64,000 nucleotides of DNA, from assembly GCA_965203905.1 (NCBI GenBank), contig CBDBDQ010000005.1:4096001-4160000 (forward strand), read 5' to 3'. Below, piece by piece: positions 10,299 to 20,044 of this stretch. The position numbers and the translations under genes were made by a program. The number at the start of each line of letters is the position of its first letter. Position 1 is the stretch's first letter. The notes under the pieces are model-generated. The model saw only the letters and a program-made list of their open reading frames with translations. It had not been told where the DNA came from and did no database searches. The stretch is from Spirochaetia bacterium. GTDB taxonomy: Bacteria; Spirochaetota; Spirochaetia; SZUA-6; Bin103.

Positions 10299-11246
10299 GT
10301 GGCCGAAGGAAGACTGAATGGGAAGGCGGCCATCGTCACGGGGGGCGCGACCGGCGTTGGCGGGGGCATTGCAGACAAGCTGGCTGCGGAAGGGGCCGCC
10401 GTTCTCATCGTGGACATCGACGAAGCTGAGGCCAATGCGCGATCAGCGACGATCCGTGATGGGGGAGGACTGGCATCCGCGATGGAAGGTGACGTCTCAA
10501 GGGAAGACGTAGCCAAGGCCATGGTGGATCGGGCGGTCGACGAATACGGCCGTCTGGATATCCTGGTGCAGAACGCCTACGGCGTGATGGGTCTCCAGGA
10601 TGGAAGTGCTCTCGAAACCACCGTCGAGCGCTGGCACAAGGGCATGAACCTGCTGGTGATGGCGCATTTCCTGGGTGCCAAGTACGGTGTTCCGGCGATG
10701 CAGGTGTCGGGACCGCCCGATGGCTACGACCCCGGTCCGTGGCAGGGTCGCGGAATCCGCCACGGCGACCCTCCACCGATGGAGATCGGACGGATCATCA
10801 ACATCTCATCCGTGCACGGACTCCTCCAGTCGGCCAATACAATGGTCTACGAGACCGGCAAAGCGGCCGTCAACGGCCTGACTCGCCAGATGGCCATCGA
10901 CCTCGGTCCGCTCGGCATCACGGTAAACGCCATCGCCCCCGGCCATATGGTGACCGAAAACCTCGAGAAGCTGTGGTCCGAAGTCGGGAACGAGGCCGGC
11001 TTCCATCTCGCGGAGTTGCAGTACCCCGTCCGACGCACAGGCACGCCTGAGGATGTTGGAAACGCCGTCGCCTTCCTTTGTTCTGAGGAAGCGGCGTTCA
11101 TCACGGGCGTCGTTTTGCCCGTCGATGGCGGTCTTAGCATTCAGCTGCAGGAGAACATCGTCTTCGAACTGAAGAACTACATCCAGGAGAATCCCGGGCT
11201 GAAGACGTTCTTTGATGGCGGGTTCGGGTCGGGGGATCGGCGGTGA
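10299..11246 (+). CDS. SDR family oxidoreductase
   Basis: TGGATGVG, 'LDILVQNA', 'IINISS', YETGK catalytic motif, 'VNAIAPG', 'LPVDGG'; GTG start after GGGGG. Confidence 0.92.
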   Translation: MAEGRLNGKAAIVTGGATGVGGGIADKLAAEGAAVLIVDIDEAEANARSATIRDGGGLASAMEGDVSREDVAKAMVDRAVDEYGRLDILVQNAYGVMGLQDGSALETTVERWHKGMNLLVMAHFLGAKYGVPAMQVSGPPDGYDPGPWQGRGIRHGDPPPMEIGRIINISSVHGLLQSANTMVYETGKAAVNGLTRQMAIDLGPLGITVNAIAPGHMVTENLEKLWSEVGNEAGFHLAELQYPVRRTGTPEDVGNAVAFLCSEEAAFITGVVLPVDGGLSIQLQENIVFELKNYIQENPGLKTFFDGGFGSGDRR

Positions 11247-11457
11247 CGATCCATCGCGGCCTGGCAATACATCAAAGAAAGCCGGGTGGTTAGGGTATCC
11301 AACGATTGTTAGAGAGCTATAAGTCGAAAGTATCCCCAAGGATTCTGCATACTCTTGTTAAAATCTGCGTCTTTGACAGCGGCGACCTTTTGTCCATCGT
11401 TCTGCCTCTTCCGTTCTTGATCTGCCGAGTAATATCCTTGGACCGGGCGGCCCTCAG

Positions 11458-12001
11458 GTGACTTACCGCGCGTACAAGGACCTGGTCAAGGTCGAGCGTG
11501 CCTTCCGCAGCATGAAGACGGTGGACTTGAAGGTGCGTCCGATCTATCACCGCAACGCAGATCGGGTACGGGCGCACGTGTTCCTGTGCATGCTGGCCTA
11601 CTACATGGAGTGGCACATGCGCCGGAAGCTGGCCCCGCTGCTGTTCGACGACCACGACCGCGCAGCTGCACAGCAGCAGCGCGCGTCGGTGGTGCAACCG
11701 GCGCAGCGGTCGCCGGCGGCGCGCGCCAAGGCGGCGCGCAAGCGCACCGCTGACGATCTGCCGGTACACAGTTTTCGCAGCCTGATGAGCGACTTGGGGA
11801 CGCTGGTGGTGAACGAGATGCAACTGGCCGAAGGCGGGGGTACATTCTCGTTGCCGACGCAGCCGACCCCGGTTCAGAGCCGCTGCTTCGAATTACTGGG
11901 TGCCGCCTCGGATGTAGTCACGGAAGGCACATCTCATCTTGTTCGTAACTGTTGTATCCGAAATGACTTACCAACGATCTACCTCTGGAACTTCGGGTTA
12001 G
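11458..12001 (+). mobile_element. IS1634-family remnant: transposase C-terminus plus probable right end
   Basis: 'YKDLVKVERAFRSMKTVDLKVRPIYHR...RVRAHVFLCMLAYY'; N-terminal majority missing; ends near GGAACTTCGGGTTAG. Confidence 0.75.
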
Positions 12002-12206
12002 CGGAAGGCAAGGGTGCCCGCCGTGAGGCGGGATCTGGAGGAAGCCGGAAGCAAAACGCTGGCCTGACGAACGGCGAGATAGCGCGAGCGGTGCGTCAAA
12101 CGTCACGGCGGAGAGGGAACAAGCCGACCCCAACGAGCAACGAATGATGGAGGAGGTAGTCGAGCGCGAGAACATGCGAGCCGCCTACCGGCAGGTGACG
12201 CGCAAC
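12002..12206 (+). mobile_element. group II intron remnant (5' end of RT/maturase ORF)
   Basis: ATG 12144 gives [21 protein letters not shown], matching the LtrA-type N-terminus, cut just before the KGxxGxDG motif. Confidence 0.6.
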
Positions 12207-12213
12207 ACTCACT

Positions 12214-12372
12214 TCACGAAGACGGCAGGAGGTGCGGCAGGTTCACGAATCTAATGGAACACCGCTTCGTCGTCTGCCACCACCGTCTTGGCGTGGAGGG
12301 CACCGTCGGGTCCGTCATTTGCGCCGGGCCGCAGGTCGTAGTACACCGTTGAACGCGGGTGTCCGGCCACGA
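12214..12372 (-). pseudogene. degenerate copy of the drmC 3' end
   Basis: 'VYYDLRPGANDGPDGALHAKTVVADDEAVF' then 'LLPSS*' versus drmC 'VFYDPRSVADDGPGGVLHAKAVVADDEAVF...LLPSS*'. Confidence 0.8.
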
Positions 12373-12377
12373 CACTC

Positions 12378-12590
12378 TCAGCGCTGGCGAAAGTCGGCTC
12401 GCCGCACCGTGAGCAGCGTGAACAGCGCCTCGCGTGCCGCGGAGGAGGCATCTCGAAGGCTCATCCGTGCAAGTCGGGCGCTGTCGCATGCTTGGACAAG
12501 GTCCCAGGTGGCGAACTCGACCCCGTGATCGTAATCGGCCGAATAACTAAGCCGTTCCGCATGCTGGAGCAATCCGTCGGGGTCAATCAT
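12378..12590 (-). pseudogene. HEPN-like gene with in-frame internal deletion (70 aa versus 182 aa)
   Basis: N-terminus MIDPDGLL and C-terminus ADYDH...TVRRADFRQ match 19098-19646; middle, including RRGISAAYY and RH, is absent. Confidence 0.85.
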
Positions 12591-12948
12591 CGCATGACGA
12601 TCTGGGCCGACCGGTTACGTTGACCACGAAGACGCCCCATTTGGCGACCTTGGTGCCGATCAGCCGCTTGCGCAGGTCAGTAGTGGCGTTGCGCGCCGCT
12701 TCGTAGGGGTAATCACTTACATCGAAGTCCTCGTCAAGATCGAGCACCACCGAAAACACGAAGATCAACCGATCCCTGCTGCCGTACCGGGTGGTCCATT
12801 CGGCGTCGTAGGCCGCAGAGCCGGGCGGTAGGCTCTCGACGAACTCCGTCCTTACCCGCTCGGCATCCTGCTTCGCCGCGTCCAGCGCCGCCTGGAACTC
12901 CGTGGCACTGAGTTCATCCTGCCACGCATACACGCTCGGCCAGCTCAT
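12583..12948 (-). CDS. uncharacterised 121-aa protein, copy C (putative HEPN antitoxin)
   Basis: Paralog of 19639-20007 and 20168-20551; stop overlaps HEPN start (ATGATTGA). Confidence 0.8.
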   Translation of the reverse strand: MSWPSVYAWQDELSATEFQAALDAAKQDAERVRTEFVESLPPGSAAYDAEWTTRYGSRDRLIFVFSVVLDLDEDFDVSDYPYEAARNATTDLRKRLIGTKVAKWGVFVVNVTGRPRSSCDD

Positions 12949-12955
12949 AACCCTC

Positions 12956-12984
12956 AGCCTACCGAGCTCCCTTGTCGCTCACAA
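12956..12984 (-). promoter_or_regulatory. sigma70-like promoter TTGTGA-17-TAGGCT, 7 nt before ATG of copy C
   Basis: Same -10 hexamer and spacing to ATG in all three copies. Confidence 0.5.
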
Positions 12985-13007
12985 GGTCAAATCAGATCCT
13001 CCGCGGA

Positions 13008-13787
13008 TCACGAAGAGGGCAGGAGCAGCAGCAGCCCCTGCTCGATCAGGGTCCGGAAGTGCAGCACCGTGGTCGCGGCCAATGTGCGGTCGCGCGCCAG
13101 GAGTCCCAGCTCGATGTTGCGGTCGAACGCCGCCTCGGTCAGGTTCGCGGAAGTGACGAACACGGCTTCGTCGTCCGCCACCACCGCCTTGGCGTGGAGC
13201 ACGCCGCCCGGTCCGTCGTCTGCGACCGAACGCGGGTCGTAGAACACCCGCGGACGGCTCTTGCCGGGCCACGCCTTGCCCCAGAAGCGATCCGCGAAGC
13301 GGCGCACCAGGGTATCCGCCGCGGTGGTGTCGCCGTGCCGACGTTCGATGTTGAGTAGCAGCGTGACCTTGAGCTGTGGATTCGCATCCAGCCGCCCGGC
13401 GAGTGTCGCGAACGCGCGCGGCCCATCGAAGAAGGCGTAGCTGCACACCCAGATCGAATGCCGTGCCGAGCCGATCAGCTCTTCGTACACCCGGCGCGTG
13501 TCGCGCGCGTGCAGCCCGACGACCTCCGGGCCGGTCCAGACGAAGTCGGGCGCAGGCGCCCGCTCCGCCGCACGCGCGAGACTGTTCAGCCAGATCACCC
13601 CCGCCTCCGGCGAAACGCCGATGCGCTGCCACTCGCGCAGCACCTGCAGGATCGCATCCTGATGCTCGCCGCCGACCGTCGAGCGCACCGCAACCGCCGA
13701 GTACGGCGGTACGACTTGACCTGAGTCCAGCGCGCTCACCAGTCTGCTGAGGACGTACGGCGGTAGCGCAAGCAGTGCGTCGATCAC
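13008..13787 (-). CDS. drmC: DISARM phospholipase D-like nuclease DrmC
   Basis: Single HKD motif 'LHAKAVVADD...TSANLT...NIELG'; 'VWTGP'; follows drmB. Confidence 0.9.
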   Translation of the reverse strand: MIDALLALPPYVLSRLVSALDSGQVVPPYSAVAVRSTVGGEHQDAILQVLREWQRIGVSPEAGVIWLNSLARAAERAPAPDFVWTGPEVVGLHARDTRRVYEELIGSARHSIWVCSYAFFDGPRAFATLAGRLDANPQLKVTLLLNIERRHGDTTAADTLVRRFADRFWGKAWPGKSRPRVFYDPRSVADDGPGGVLHAKAVVADDEAVFVTSANLTEAAFDRNIELGLLARDRTLAATTVLHFRTLIEQGLLLLLPSS

Positions 13788-13797
13788 AGGGCGGCGA

Positions 13798-15597
13798 TCA
13801 TGGGGCGCCGAAGAACGCGGCTTCCGGGGCGTACAGCGCCGGGGCCACCAGCGCGCGGTCCAGGTACTCGTTGCGCATCTCGCAGGAAGTCTCCGCGATC
13901 AGCGCGCAGCCGTGGCACGCCGCGCCGTGCAGCCAGCGTTCCTCCATGCTCTGCCCCGGCACGTGCTCGGCGCAGACCGGATCGTTGGAACACAGCGCCG
14001 CGGAATCCAGCGCGTAGCGCAGGTGGTCTTCTACCCGGCGCGCTTCCTGGACCAGCCCGCCCAGCGTGCCTTCGGCGTCGGGGCTCGCGGTGTACAGCAA
14101 CAAGGCGAAGCGCTTGCCTTCGTAGTCCGCGTAGATGCGTTCCCGTATCGACGCGGCGGGGTAGCCGCAGCGCATGGACAGGGACTGAATCAGAAGGTGG
14201 GACAGGGTGTGCAGCAGCACGTACGGCCCGCCTGGGAAGTGTCGCTCGCTGTTCCGCCGCCGCGCCCAGGCGACGTGGCCCTCGACAAGCTGGCCCAGTC
14301 GCGTCTGCACCGCCTCCCGGCCGAGCCAGTCCATTACGGCGTTCTCGCGAAGCTGCAGGACGATCCCCTCACCGCGGTTTTCCACTGCCGGGAACCACGT
14401 CGGTTCCAGCGCGATGGCGGCTCTCTCGACCTCGGCTTCGTACTCTCCGTCCACGTTCGGCATCTCGGATTCCAGCCGGGTGAACCCGGCAAGCGCCAGC
14501 ACTTCGCGGAGCCGGTGCACCTGGATGACTGACTCGATCCCGTCGCTGCTCGCCGAGCGGCGCCACACGGAGTCCGGCAGACGCCGAGCGTGGAAGTCCG
14601 GGTGTACGGGCACGTCGTCTCCGAAGCCCTCGGGGACCGCGAGCAGCGCATCGAGCTCTGCCGACTTGATCGGCCGCTCTGCCCCACCGCCGCCCGCACG
14701 CCTTGCAGCGATCGCCTTCAACACCTCGTCGTCGGAAAACGCCGCCAGGCGCCCCGCTACGCCGGGGAATCGCTTGACGACATCGAGACTCGGCGCATCG
14801 GTGACGATCTGCAGTTGTTGCCAGAGCTCTTCGACCGCCTCATCGACCTCGGTGCCGCGGTCCGGCAGCGAAAGAACGCTGAGCACCTGCGGGAACCATG
14901 CGTTGGATGCGGTGCGGATCAGCAGCCGGCTGGGCTGGTCGCAGGGCTCGTTCGCGTGGCGTCCCAGCCACGGTCTGGCGCCGCTGCAGGTGCCGAGCGG
15001 GAACTTGGCCAGGTCCATCGCCTCGTGCATGCGGCGGGACTTGCCACACTCGCAGCGCACGATCTGTTCCGCCAGGTCGCCGGTGGTGCCGCGTTCGTCC
15101 AGCCTGAGCTGCCGGCGGCACTGGTCGTCCGGCCCGTGGACGAACCGATGCCAGTCGATGTCGTCCACGTGGCCCCTGGAGCAGGCACGGACGAAGCGGG
15201 TGGCCACCACTGGTCTCTTGTCGAACTTCCCCCGATCGAGCGCGGTCCGCCGCACCATGCGTCGGGAACGCGTGCCGGTCTGTCCGGTCGAGCCGGGGTT
15301 GGACTCCTGCACCACGAACCACTCGGGGAACCGCCACGCCCCGATGCCGCGTTGGCGGTCCTGCCAGTGCTCGGGCTCCGGCGGTGGCGCGTACAGCCTG
15401 GGACCCTGCACGCCGGTCATGGAGGTCAGCTTGGACGCCAGGCGCGGCTCCTCGATCGGTTCCAGGTTGGTCTCGGCGCCCCAGGTGTCGAGGCCACCCA
15501 CGATGGCGGATTCGTCGGGCAGATCGATCAGCGCTCCCGGCCCGAACGTGGTGATGACCTGGCTGCGCCGCAACTGGCCATGTGCCTTGCCGTTCAT
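13798..15597 (-). CDS. drmB: DISARM DUF1998-domain protein DrmB
   Basis: 'RRSQVITTFGPGALIDLP', 'LLHTLSHLLI', 'CGYPAASIRERIY', 'CSNDPVC', 'GAACHGC...ETSCE'. Confidence 0.92.
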   Translation of the reverse strand: MNGKAHGQLRRSQVITTFGPGALIDLPDESAIVGGLDTWGAETNLEPIEEPRLASKLTSMTGVQGPRLYAPPPEPEHWQDRQRGIGAWRFPEWFVVQESNPGSTGQTGTRSRRMVRRTALDRGKFDKRPVVATRFVRACSRGHVDDIDWHRFVHGPDDQCRRQLRLDERGTTGDLAEQIVRCECGKSRRMHEAMDLAKFPLGTCSGARPWLGRHANEPCDQPSRLLIRTASNAWFPQVLSVLSLPDRGTEVDEAVEELWQQLQIVTDAPSLDVVKRFPGVAGRLAAFSDDEVLKAIAARRAGGGGAERPIKSAELDALLAVPEGFGDDVPVHPDFHARRLPDSVWRRSASSDGIESVIQVHRLREVLALAGFTRLESEMPNVDGEYEAEVERAAIALEPTWFPAVENRGEGIVLQLRENAVMDWLGREAVQTRLGQLVEGHVAWARRRNSERHFPGGPYVLLHTLSHLLIQSLSMRCGYPAASIRERIYADYEGKRFALLLYTASPDAEGTLGGLVQEARRVEDHLRYALDSAALCSNDPVCAEHVPGQSMEERWLHGAACHGCALIAETSCEMRNEYLDRALVAPALYAPEAAFFGAP

Positions 15598-18500
15598 GCG
15601 CCGCTCCTGCTGAGTCGGCTGGAGAGGTCCTGCAGGAACAGGTTCACCTGGGGCTCGACGTCGCGCAGTGACCGGTTGGCGCGGAACTTCTTGTGATGGG
15701 CCGAGTCGAAGTCGGTGTCGAGCATCTCGCGGAGGAGCGGCTTCCTGGTCCGGAGCTCATGCCGCTGGTATTGCATGGACACCCCGTCAGCGCGGTAGTC
15801 GTCGAGGATCGCCCGCCACGAGTCGAGCAGGTCACCGATCCGGTTCTGAATGCTGCGCAGCCGTTCTTCGCGTTCGGCCTCGTCCTGCATGGGCTGCTCG
15901 TTGATCCGGGCGCGAAAGACTTCGAGCAACAGCCGTTCGAGCTCCACCCGCTCTGCCTCGATCGCCTCCACCCCGGCCGGCGGCGTCATCGGTGATCGTG
16001 CGTGACGGGCTAGGGTTACCAGCGCCCCCGCGAAGCCGCGGTCCAGGGCGCGTGCGGCGAACGGGGTCACGCTGGCCACCTCCACCGAGCGGTAGAACGT
16101 CTCGTGGTAGTGCCGGAAGCGCTCGTAGTGCGACCGGTCCCGCGGCCGATGCACGTTGTAGAGCATCACCACCAGCCCGGGACGGTTGTCGTCGCGTCCG
16201 ACCCGGCTGGTGGCCTGGATGTACTCGGAGTTGGTCTTCGGCTGTCCGTACACCAGCATCAGCCCGAGGCGCTGGATGTCCAGGCCCACCGAGATCATGT
16301 TGGTCGCGATGGCGCAGTCCACCCGCTGCTTGCGGTCGCGGAAGGTCGTCTGCAGGCGCCGCCGGGCCTCGGCCACCCGATCGGTGCTCACCCGCGAGGT
16401 CAGCTCGACCACGTCGGAGAAGCTGGTGCGGTCGCGAAACAGTCCCCGCGCCTCGCCGAGCCGCTTGCGGTCGCCGTAGCGCTTCAGCGTGTTCTGGACC
16501 TCTTCTTCCAGGATCCTCCGGGCGCCGCCGAGCTCGCGCAGGCTGTTGAAGTAGCCAAGCACGGTCATGTAGGGATCGGCAGGATTGTCCCGGTTACGGG
16601 GACCTCCGGCGTCGCGCCAGGCCCGTTCCGCCGCGCCCATCAGCGCCAGCAATACCCGCCGCATCGCCTCCTTCGGGTTGCGTCCCTGGGACGCGATGCC
16701 GACGTACTGCCGAGCATTTCGCTCCGCTGCGGGCATGGTGCGCGCGAAGAACGAATCGTCACGAGACGGTCCCGGCGGCGGGAAGATGTGCGTCGCCGGG
16801 CGCCCGAAGAGGCCCTGAACCTGTTCCCGAGCGTGGCGCACCGTCGCCGTCGATGCGACGATCTTGGGCTTCACCCTCCTGCCGTCGATCTCCCTCGCGC
16901 ACAGCGCTTCGATGGCCGCCTCGTAGAGGCCGGCCATGGTGCCCAGGGGTCCGGAGATCAGGTGCAGCTCGTCCTGGATGATGAGATCCGGCGGCGGCAG
17001 CGGCTGGCTCAGGCGGTTGCCCCGGCGCGGCTCGGCGGCACCGTAGAACCCGCTCTCATCGTGGCGGTCGGCGCCCCCGAGGAGCGCCCCGGACTCGCCG
17101 ACCCAGGGCAACGAGGCGAACTTGTCGACGGTGGCGACCAGAAAGGCCGGCAGCCGCCGGTACAGCGGCTCGTCCACGGCGACTATGGGCAGTGGCGTGT
17201 CGCCCGAGAAGTCGCACTCCCAACTGGCGCAGGCGATGCGCAACTCGGTCGGGTGATCGGAATCCGGCAGCAGCGTGAAGGATTCCGGGGTGAAGTCTTC
17301 CCCACACCAGGGGCAACTCTCCAGGGGAATGGGGGCCGGCCTGCCCTGCGGGTTGTTCTTGTACTGGCTGACCTTGCTGCGCGCCGAGTCCGAACGGTTG
17401 TCGCCCCGTTCGCCGAGTCGGTTGGGCGTGCCCGCCTTGCCCACCCACAAGCCGATCTCGAACGGCCAGGTGCCATACCGGGCGGTGTCCTTGCGCCGCT
17501 CCAGCTCAAGCGCGCACACCAGCCCTGCCGCGCGGCCGAGCTGATCCAGCGTCAGCAGCCGCAACGTGTAGCGCATGACGACGCTCACGCCGGCACCGGC
17601 CCGGCCGCCGTCCTCCGGATGGCGCAGCCGCCGCAACACCATGGCAAACGCCGCAAGCCCGAGATACGCCTCGGTCTTGCCACCGCCGGTGGGGAAGAAG
17701 AGGAGGTCCACGAACTCGCGCTCGGGATTCGCCGGGTCCGCGAGGCCGGACAGGTTCAGCAACAGGAAGGCGATCTGGAAGGCACGCCATCGGGGCGGGT
17801 CGGTCACCCCTTCACGGGCCAGCCGCCGAGAGAGCGCGGCCGCGACGGCGCGGTTCGCGACGCAGAAGGCATCTAGCGCGTCCGAATCCTGCGCGAGGAC
17901 GCGGATGCCCCGCTCCATGCGGTTGGCGGCGGAACGGGCGTGGAACACCAGCTCCTCGGCCGTCTCGCGGCGTTCTCCTGTCAGGTCGGTGAGTCGGGCG
18001 TCCTGCTGGTCGATCCAGGCGCGGTAACCGGTGACCAGCGGTGTCAACGCACGTTCCGCGACACCGCCATCGGAGAGTTCGCCGAGCGCCGCCATGGCAA
18101 GCTCGACACCCGGCACCTCCACGGTCTCGGTCGTCTCCACCTCGGCCGTGGGATTCCAGGTGGTGCGCAGCAGCCGGCAGGCGCCCTCTACGAGGAGCCA
18201 GTCCGCGGCCACGCCGTGACCGGCCGCGTACTCAGGCGTGTCGGCGTAATGGAGATCTGCGATACGTTCGTCGGGATCATCACCCGACACCCCACGCGGA
18301 TCGGGACGCGGCACGAACGGAATCGCGCTCCGTACCTCCAGCTCCGCTTGGAAAGCGAACGCCGCGTCGCGAACGAGGTCCGCCACGGCGGACCGCCCGT
18401 TCACCAGAAACAGCGACACGGATCGCGTCCCCGGCGGAATCCGGTCCGCGAACGTCGCAACCCTCACGGGGCGGGCGACCGCATGGAGGATCAGCCCTTG

Positions 18501-19082
18501 AGAACCCGGCACCGGCTCCTGGTACGGATCATCCGCTCCGCCAAGCGTCACCCGGACCTCCTCTTCACGGGCCGTACGCTGCCACCGCGTCGACGCCTGT
18601 CCCTCGCTCCTGACAACGGCCCCGTCGGCCGCGCCTTTCGTTTCGTTGGATGACTCGTCGCTGGCGGGCGCATCATCGTTCCGTCCGTCGTCCCGGGATG
18701 CGTCCTCGACGTAGCGGTAGTCACCCCACCGGACGGTCACATCCACCGCATCCACGCCCTCTGCAACCAGGAAGCTCAAGCCCATCGACGACGGAAAGAA
18801 GCTCTTCTTGGCAGATCGCCGGTCTTCCGTGGAATCATCGCCGAGCCCGCTCTCACCGGCGACCTCCGGATCGAAGTCCTCGTCCGCGTCGGCGTCCGCG
18901 CGCTGTTCCGCAGGTGCCTCCCGCGGGACCAGAAACCCGGTGAGATACCAGTTGGACGGCCGCACCCACCCCGGCAAGCGCTCATCGGCGAGCGGATGCC
19001 CGGCACCGGGACCAATAAGGTCCAACTCCAGCGCCTCCCGAAGCCGGGAACGTACCTCAGCGGGTTGGATCACCTGCCCCAT
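15594..19082 (-). CDS. drmA: DISARM helicase DrmA
   Basis: 'FFPTGGGKTEAY', 'MRYTLRLLT', 'IIQDELHL', 'STAT', 'ATNMISVGLD', 'YIQATSRVGR', 'RDRSHYE'. Confidence 0.93.
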   Translation of the reverse strand: MGQVIQPAEVRSRLREALELDLIGPGAGHPLADERLPGWVRPSNWYLTGFLVPREAPAEQRADADADEDFDPEVAGESGLGDDSTEDRRSAKKSFFPSSMGLSFLVAEGVDAVDVTVRWGDYRYVEDASRDDGRNDDAPASDESSNETKGAADGAVVRSEGQASTRWQRTAREEEVRVTLGGADDPYQEPVPGSQGLILHAVARPVRVATFADRIPPGTRSVSLFLVNGRSAVADLVRDAAFAFQAELEVRSAIPFVPRPDPRGVSGDDPDERIADLHYADTPEYAAGHGVAADWLLVEGACRLLRTTWNPTAEVETTETVEVPGVELAMAALGELSDGGVAERALTPLVTGYRAWIDQQDARLTDLTGERRETAEELVFHARSAANRMERGIRVLAQDSDALDAFCVANRAVAAALSRRLAREGVTDPPRWRAFQIAFLLLNLSGLADPANPEREFVDLLFFPTGGGKTEAYLGLAAFAMVLRRLRHPEDGGRAGAGVSVVMRYTLRLLTLDQLGRAAGLVCALELERRKDTARYGTWPFEIGLWVGKAGTPNRLGERGDNRSDSARSKVSQYKNNPQGRPAPIPLESCPWCGEDFTPESFTLLPDSDHPTELRIACASWECDFSGDTPLPIVAVDEPLYRRLPAFLVATVDKFASLPWVGESGALLGGADRHDESGFYGAAEPRRGNRLSQPLPPPDLIIQDELHLISGPLGTMAGLYEAAIEALCAREIDGRRVKPKIVASTATVRHAREQVQGLFGRPATHIFPPPGPSRDDSFFARTMPAAERNARQYVGIASQGRNPKEAMRRVLLALMGAAERAWRDAGGPRNRDNPADPYMTVLGYFNSLRELGGARRILEEEVQNTLKRYGDRKRLGEARGLFRDRTSFSDVVELTSRVSTDRVAEARRRLQTTFRDRKQRVDCAIATNMISVGLDIQRLGLMLVYGQPKTNSEYIQATSRVGRDDNRPGLVVMLYNVHRPRDRSHYERFRHYHETFYRSVEVASVTPFAARALDRGFAGALVTLARHARSPMTPPAGVEAIEAERVELERLLLEVFRARINEQPMQDEAEREERLRSIQNRIGDLLDSWRAILDDYRADGVSMQYQRHELRTRKPLLREMLDTDFDSAHHKKFRANRSLRDVEPQVNLFLQDLSSRLSRSGA

Positions 19083-19097
19083 GTCGGCTCTGGCCTA

Positions 19098-19646
19098 TCA
19101 GTGCTGGCGAAAGTCGGCCCGCCGCACCGTAAGAAGCGTGAACAGCGCCTCCCGAGCGGCGCTCGAAGCATCACGCAGCCGCCTGCGCGCGTTCCGGCCG
19201 TTCCTGCACGCCTGGACCAGATGCCAATGGGCGAACCTCTCATCGTGGTCGTAGTCGGCCGCATGCCGCCGCTCCTGCATGTCGTTGAACAACCGCAGGC
19301 TGTCAACCAGAGCAGCATCCTTCGCCGTCACGTCGAGCAGCGGACCAAGTCTCTCGAGCTGCCCAGGCAGCGCAGCATCCGGAGAGTGTTTCAGGACTTT
19401 GGCCCGGTCGACGACGTACTCAGCGAGCTGAGAGATCTCGCCATGCGACCAAGAGCGACGGATATCGTTCTGAATCTCGAGAGGACATGAACCGACCAGA
19501 TGACTCGCCGCGTGCTTGGTCAGGTCATGAAAGACCGCATAGTAGGCAGCGCTGATGCCCCGCCTGAGATCCGTATCCGTTGGGTGGCCTCTTCCGGTGT
19601 CCGCGAGCTGCTCCGCGTGCCTGAGGAGACCGTCGGGATCAATCAT
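19098..19646 (-). CDS. HEPN-domain protein (UPF0332-like), putative RNase toxin
   Basis: 'LRRGISAAYYAVFH' and 'QERRHAADY'; start at ATG 19646 coupled to upstream stop. Confidence 0.75.
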   Translation of the reverse strand: MIDPDGLLRHAEQLADTGRGHPTDTDLRRGISAAYYAVFHDLTKHAASHLVGSCPLEIQNDIRRSWSHGEISQLAEYVVDRAKVLKHSPDAALPGQLERLGPLLDVTAKDAALVDSLRLFNDMQERRHAADYDHDERFAHWHLVQACRNGRNARRRLRDASSAAREALFTLLTVRRADFRQH

Positions 19647-20007
19647 CGGCGGGCGGTCTGGGACGACCAGCCACCGTGACCACGAAGACCCCCCACTCGT
19701 CGACCTTGGTGCCAACCAGCCGTCTGCGAAGGTCAGCGGTAGCGTTGTCCGCCGCTTCGCCGGGGTAGTCGCGGATGTCGAAGTTATCAGCGTCAAGATC
19801 AAGCACCACCGAGAACACGAAGATCTTTCGATTCTTGCTGCCGTACCGGGTGGTCCACTCCGCGTCGTAGGCGGGAGAGTCGGGGCGCAGGCTCGCGACG
19901 AACTCCTTCCTGATCCGCTCGGCATCCTGCTTCGCCGCGTCTAGCGCCGCCTGGAACTCGGTGGCACTGAGCTCATCCTGCCACGCATACACGCTGGGCC
20001 AACTCAT
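19639..20007 (-). CDS. uncharacterised 122-aa protein, copy B (putative HEPN antitoxin)
   Basis: 8-nt overlap with HEPN gene; acidic; paralogous to copies A and C. Confidence 0.8.
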   Translation of the reverse strand: MSWPSVYAWQDELSATEFQAALDAAKQDAERIRKEFVASLRPDSPAYDAEWTTRYGSKNRKIFVFSVVLDLDADNFDIRDYPGEAADNATADLRRRLVGTKVDEWGVFVVTVAGRPRPPADD

Positions 20008-20014
20008 GTTCCTC

Positions 20015-20043
20015 AGCCTACCGAGCTACGCCGTCCCTCTCAA
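20015..20043 (-). promoter_or_regulatory. sigma70-like promoter TTGAGA-17-TAGGCT, 7 nt before ATG of copy B
   Basis: Hexamers and spacing; overlapped by inverted repeat CCGAGCT(20021)..AGCTCGG(20049). Confidence 0.5.
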
Positions 20044-20044
20044 G

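Noticed and set aside
12002-12206. Retron or DGR reverse transcriptase linked to the duplicated segments
   Set aside because: Only 21 codons of a group II intron-type N-terminus remain; differences between copies do not look adenine-restricted
19647-19925. 275-aa version of the HEPN ORF
   Set aside because: The extension overlaps copy B in another frame; the paralog at 12590 fixes the start at MIDPDG
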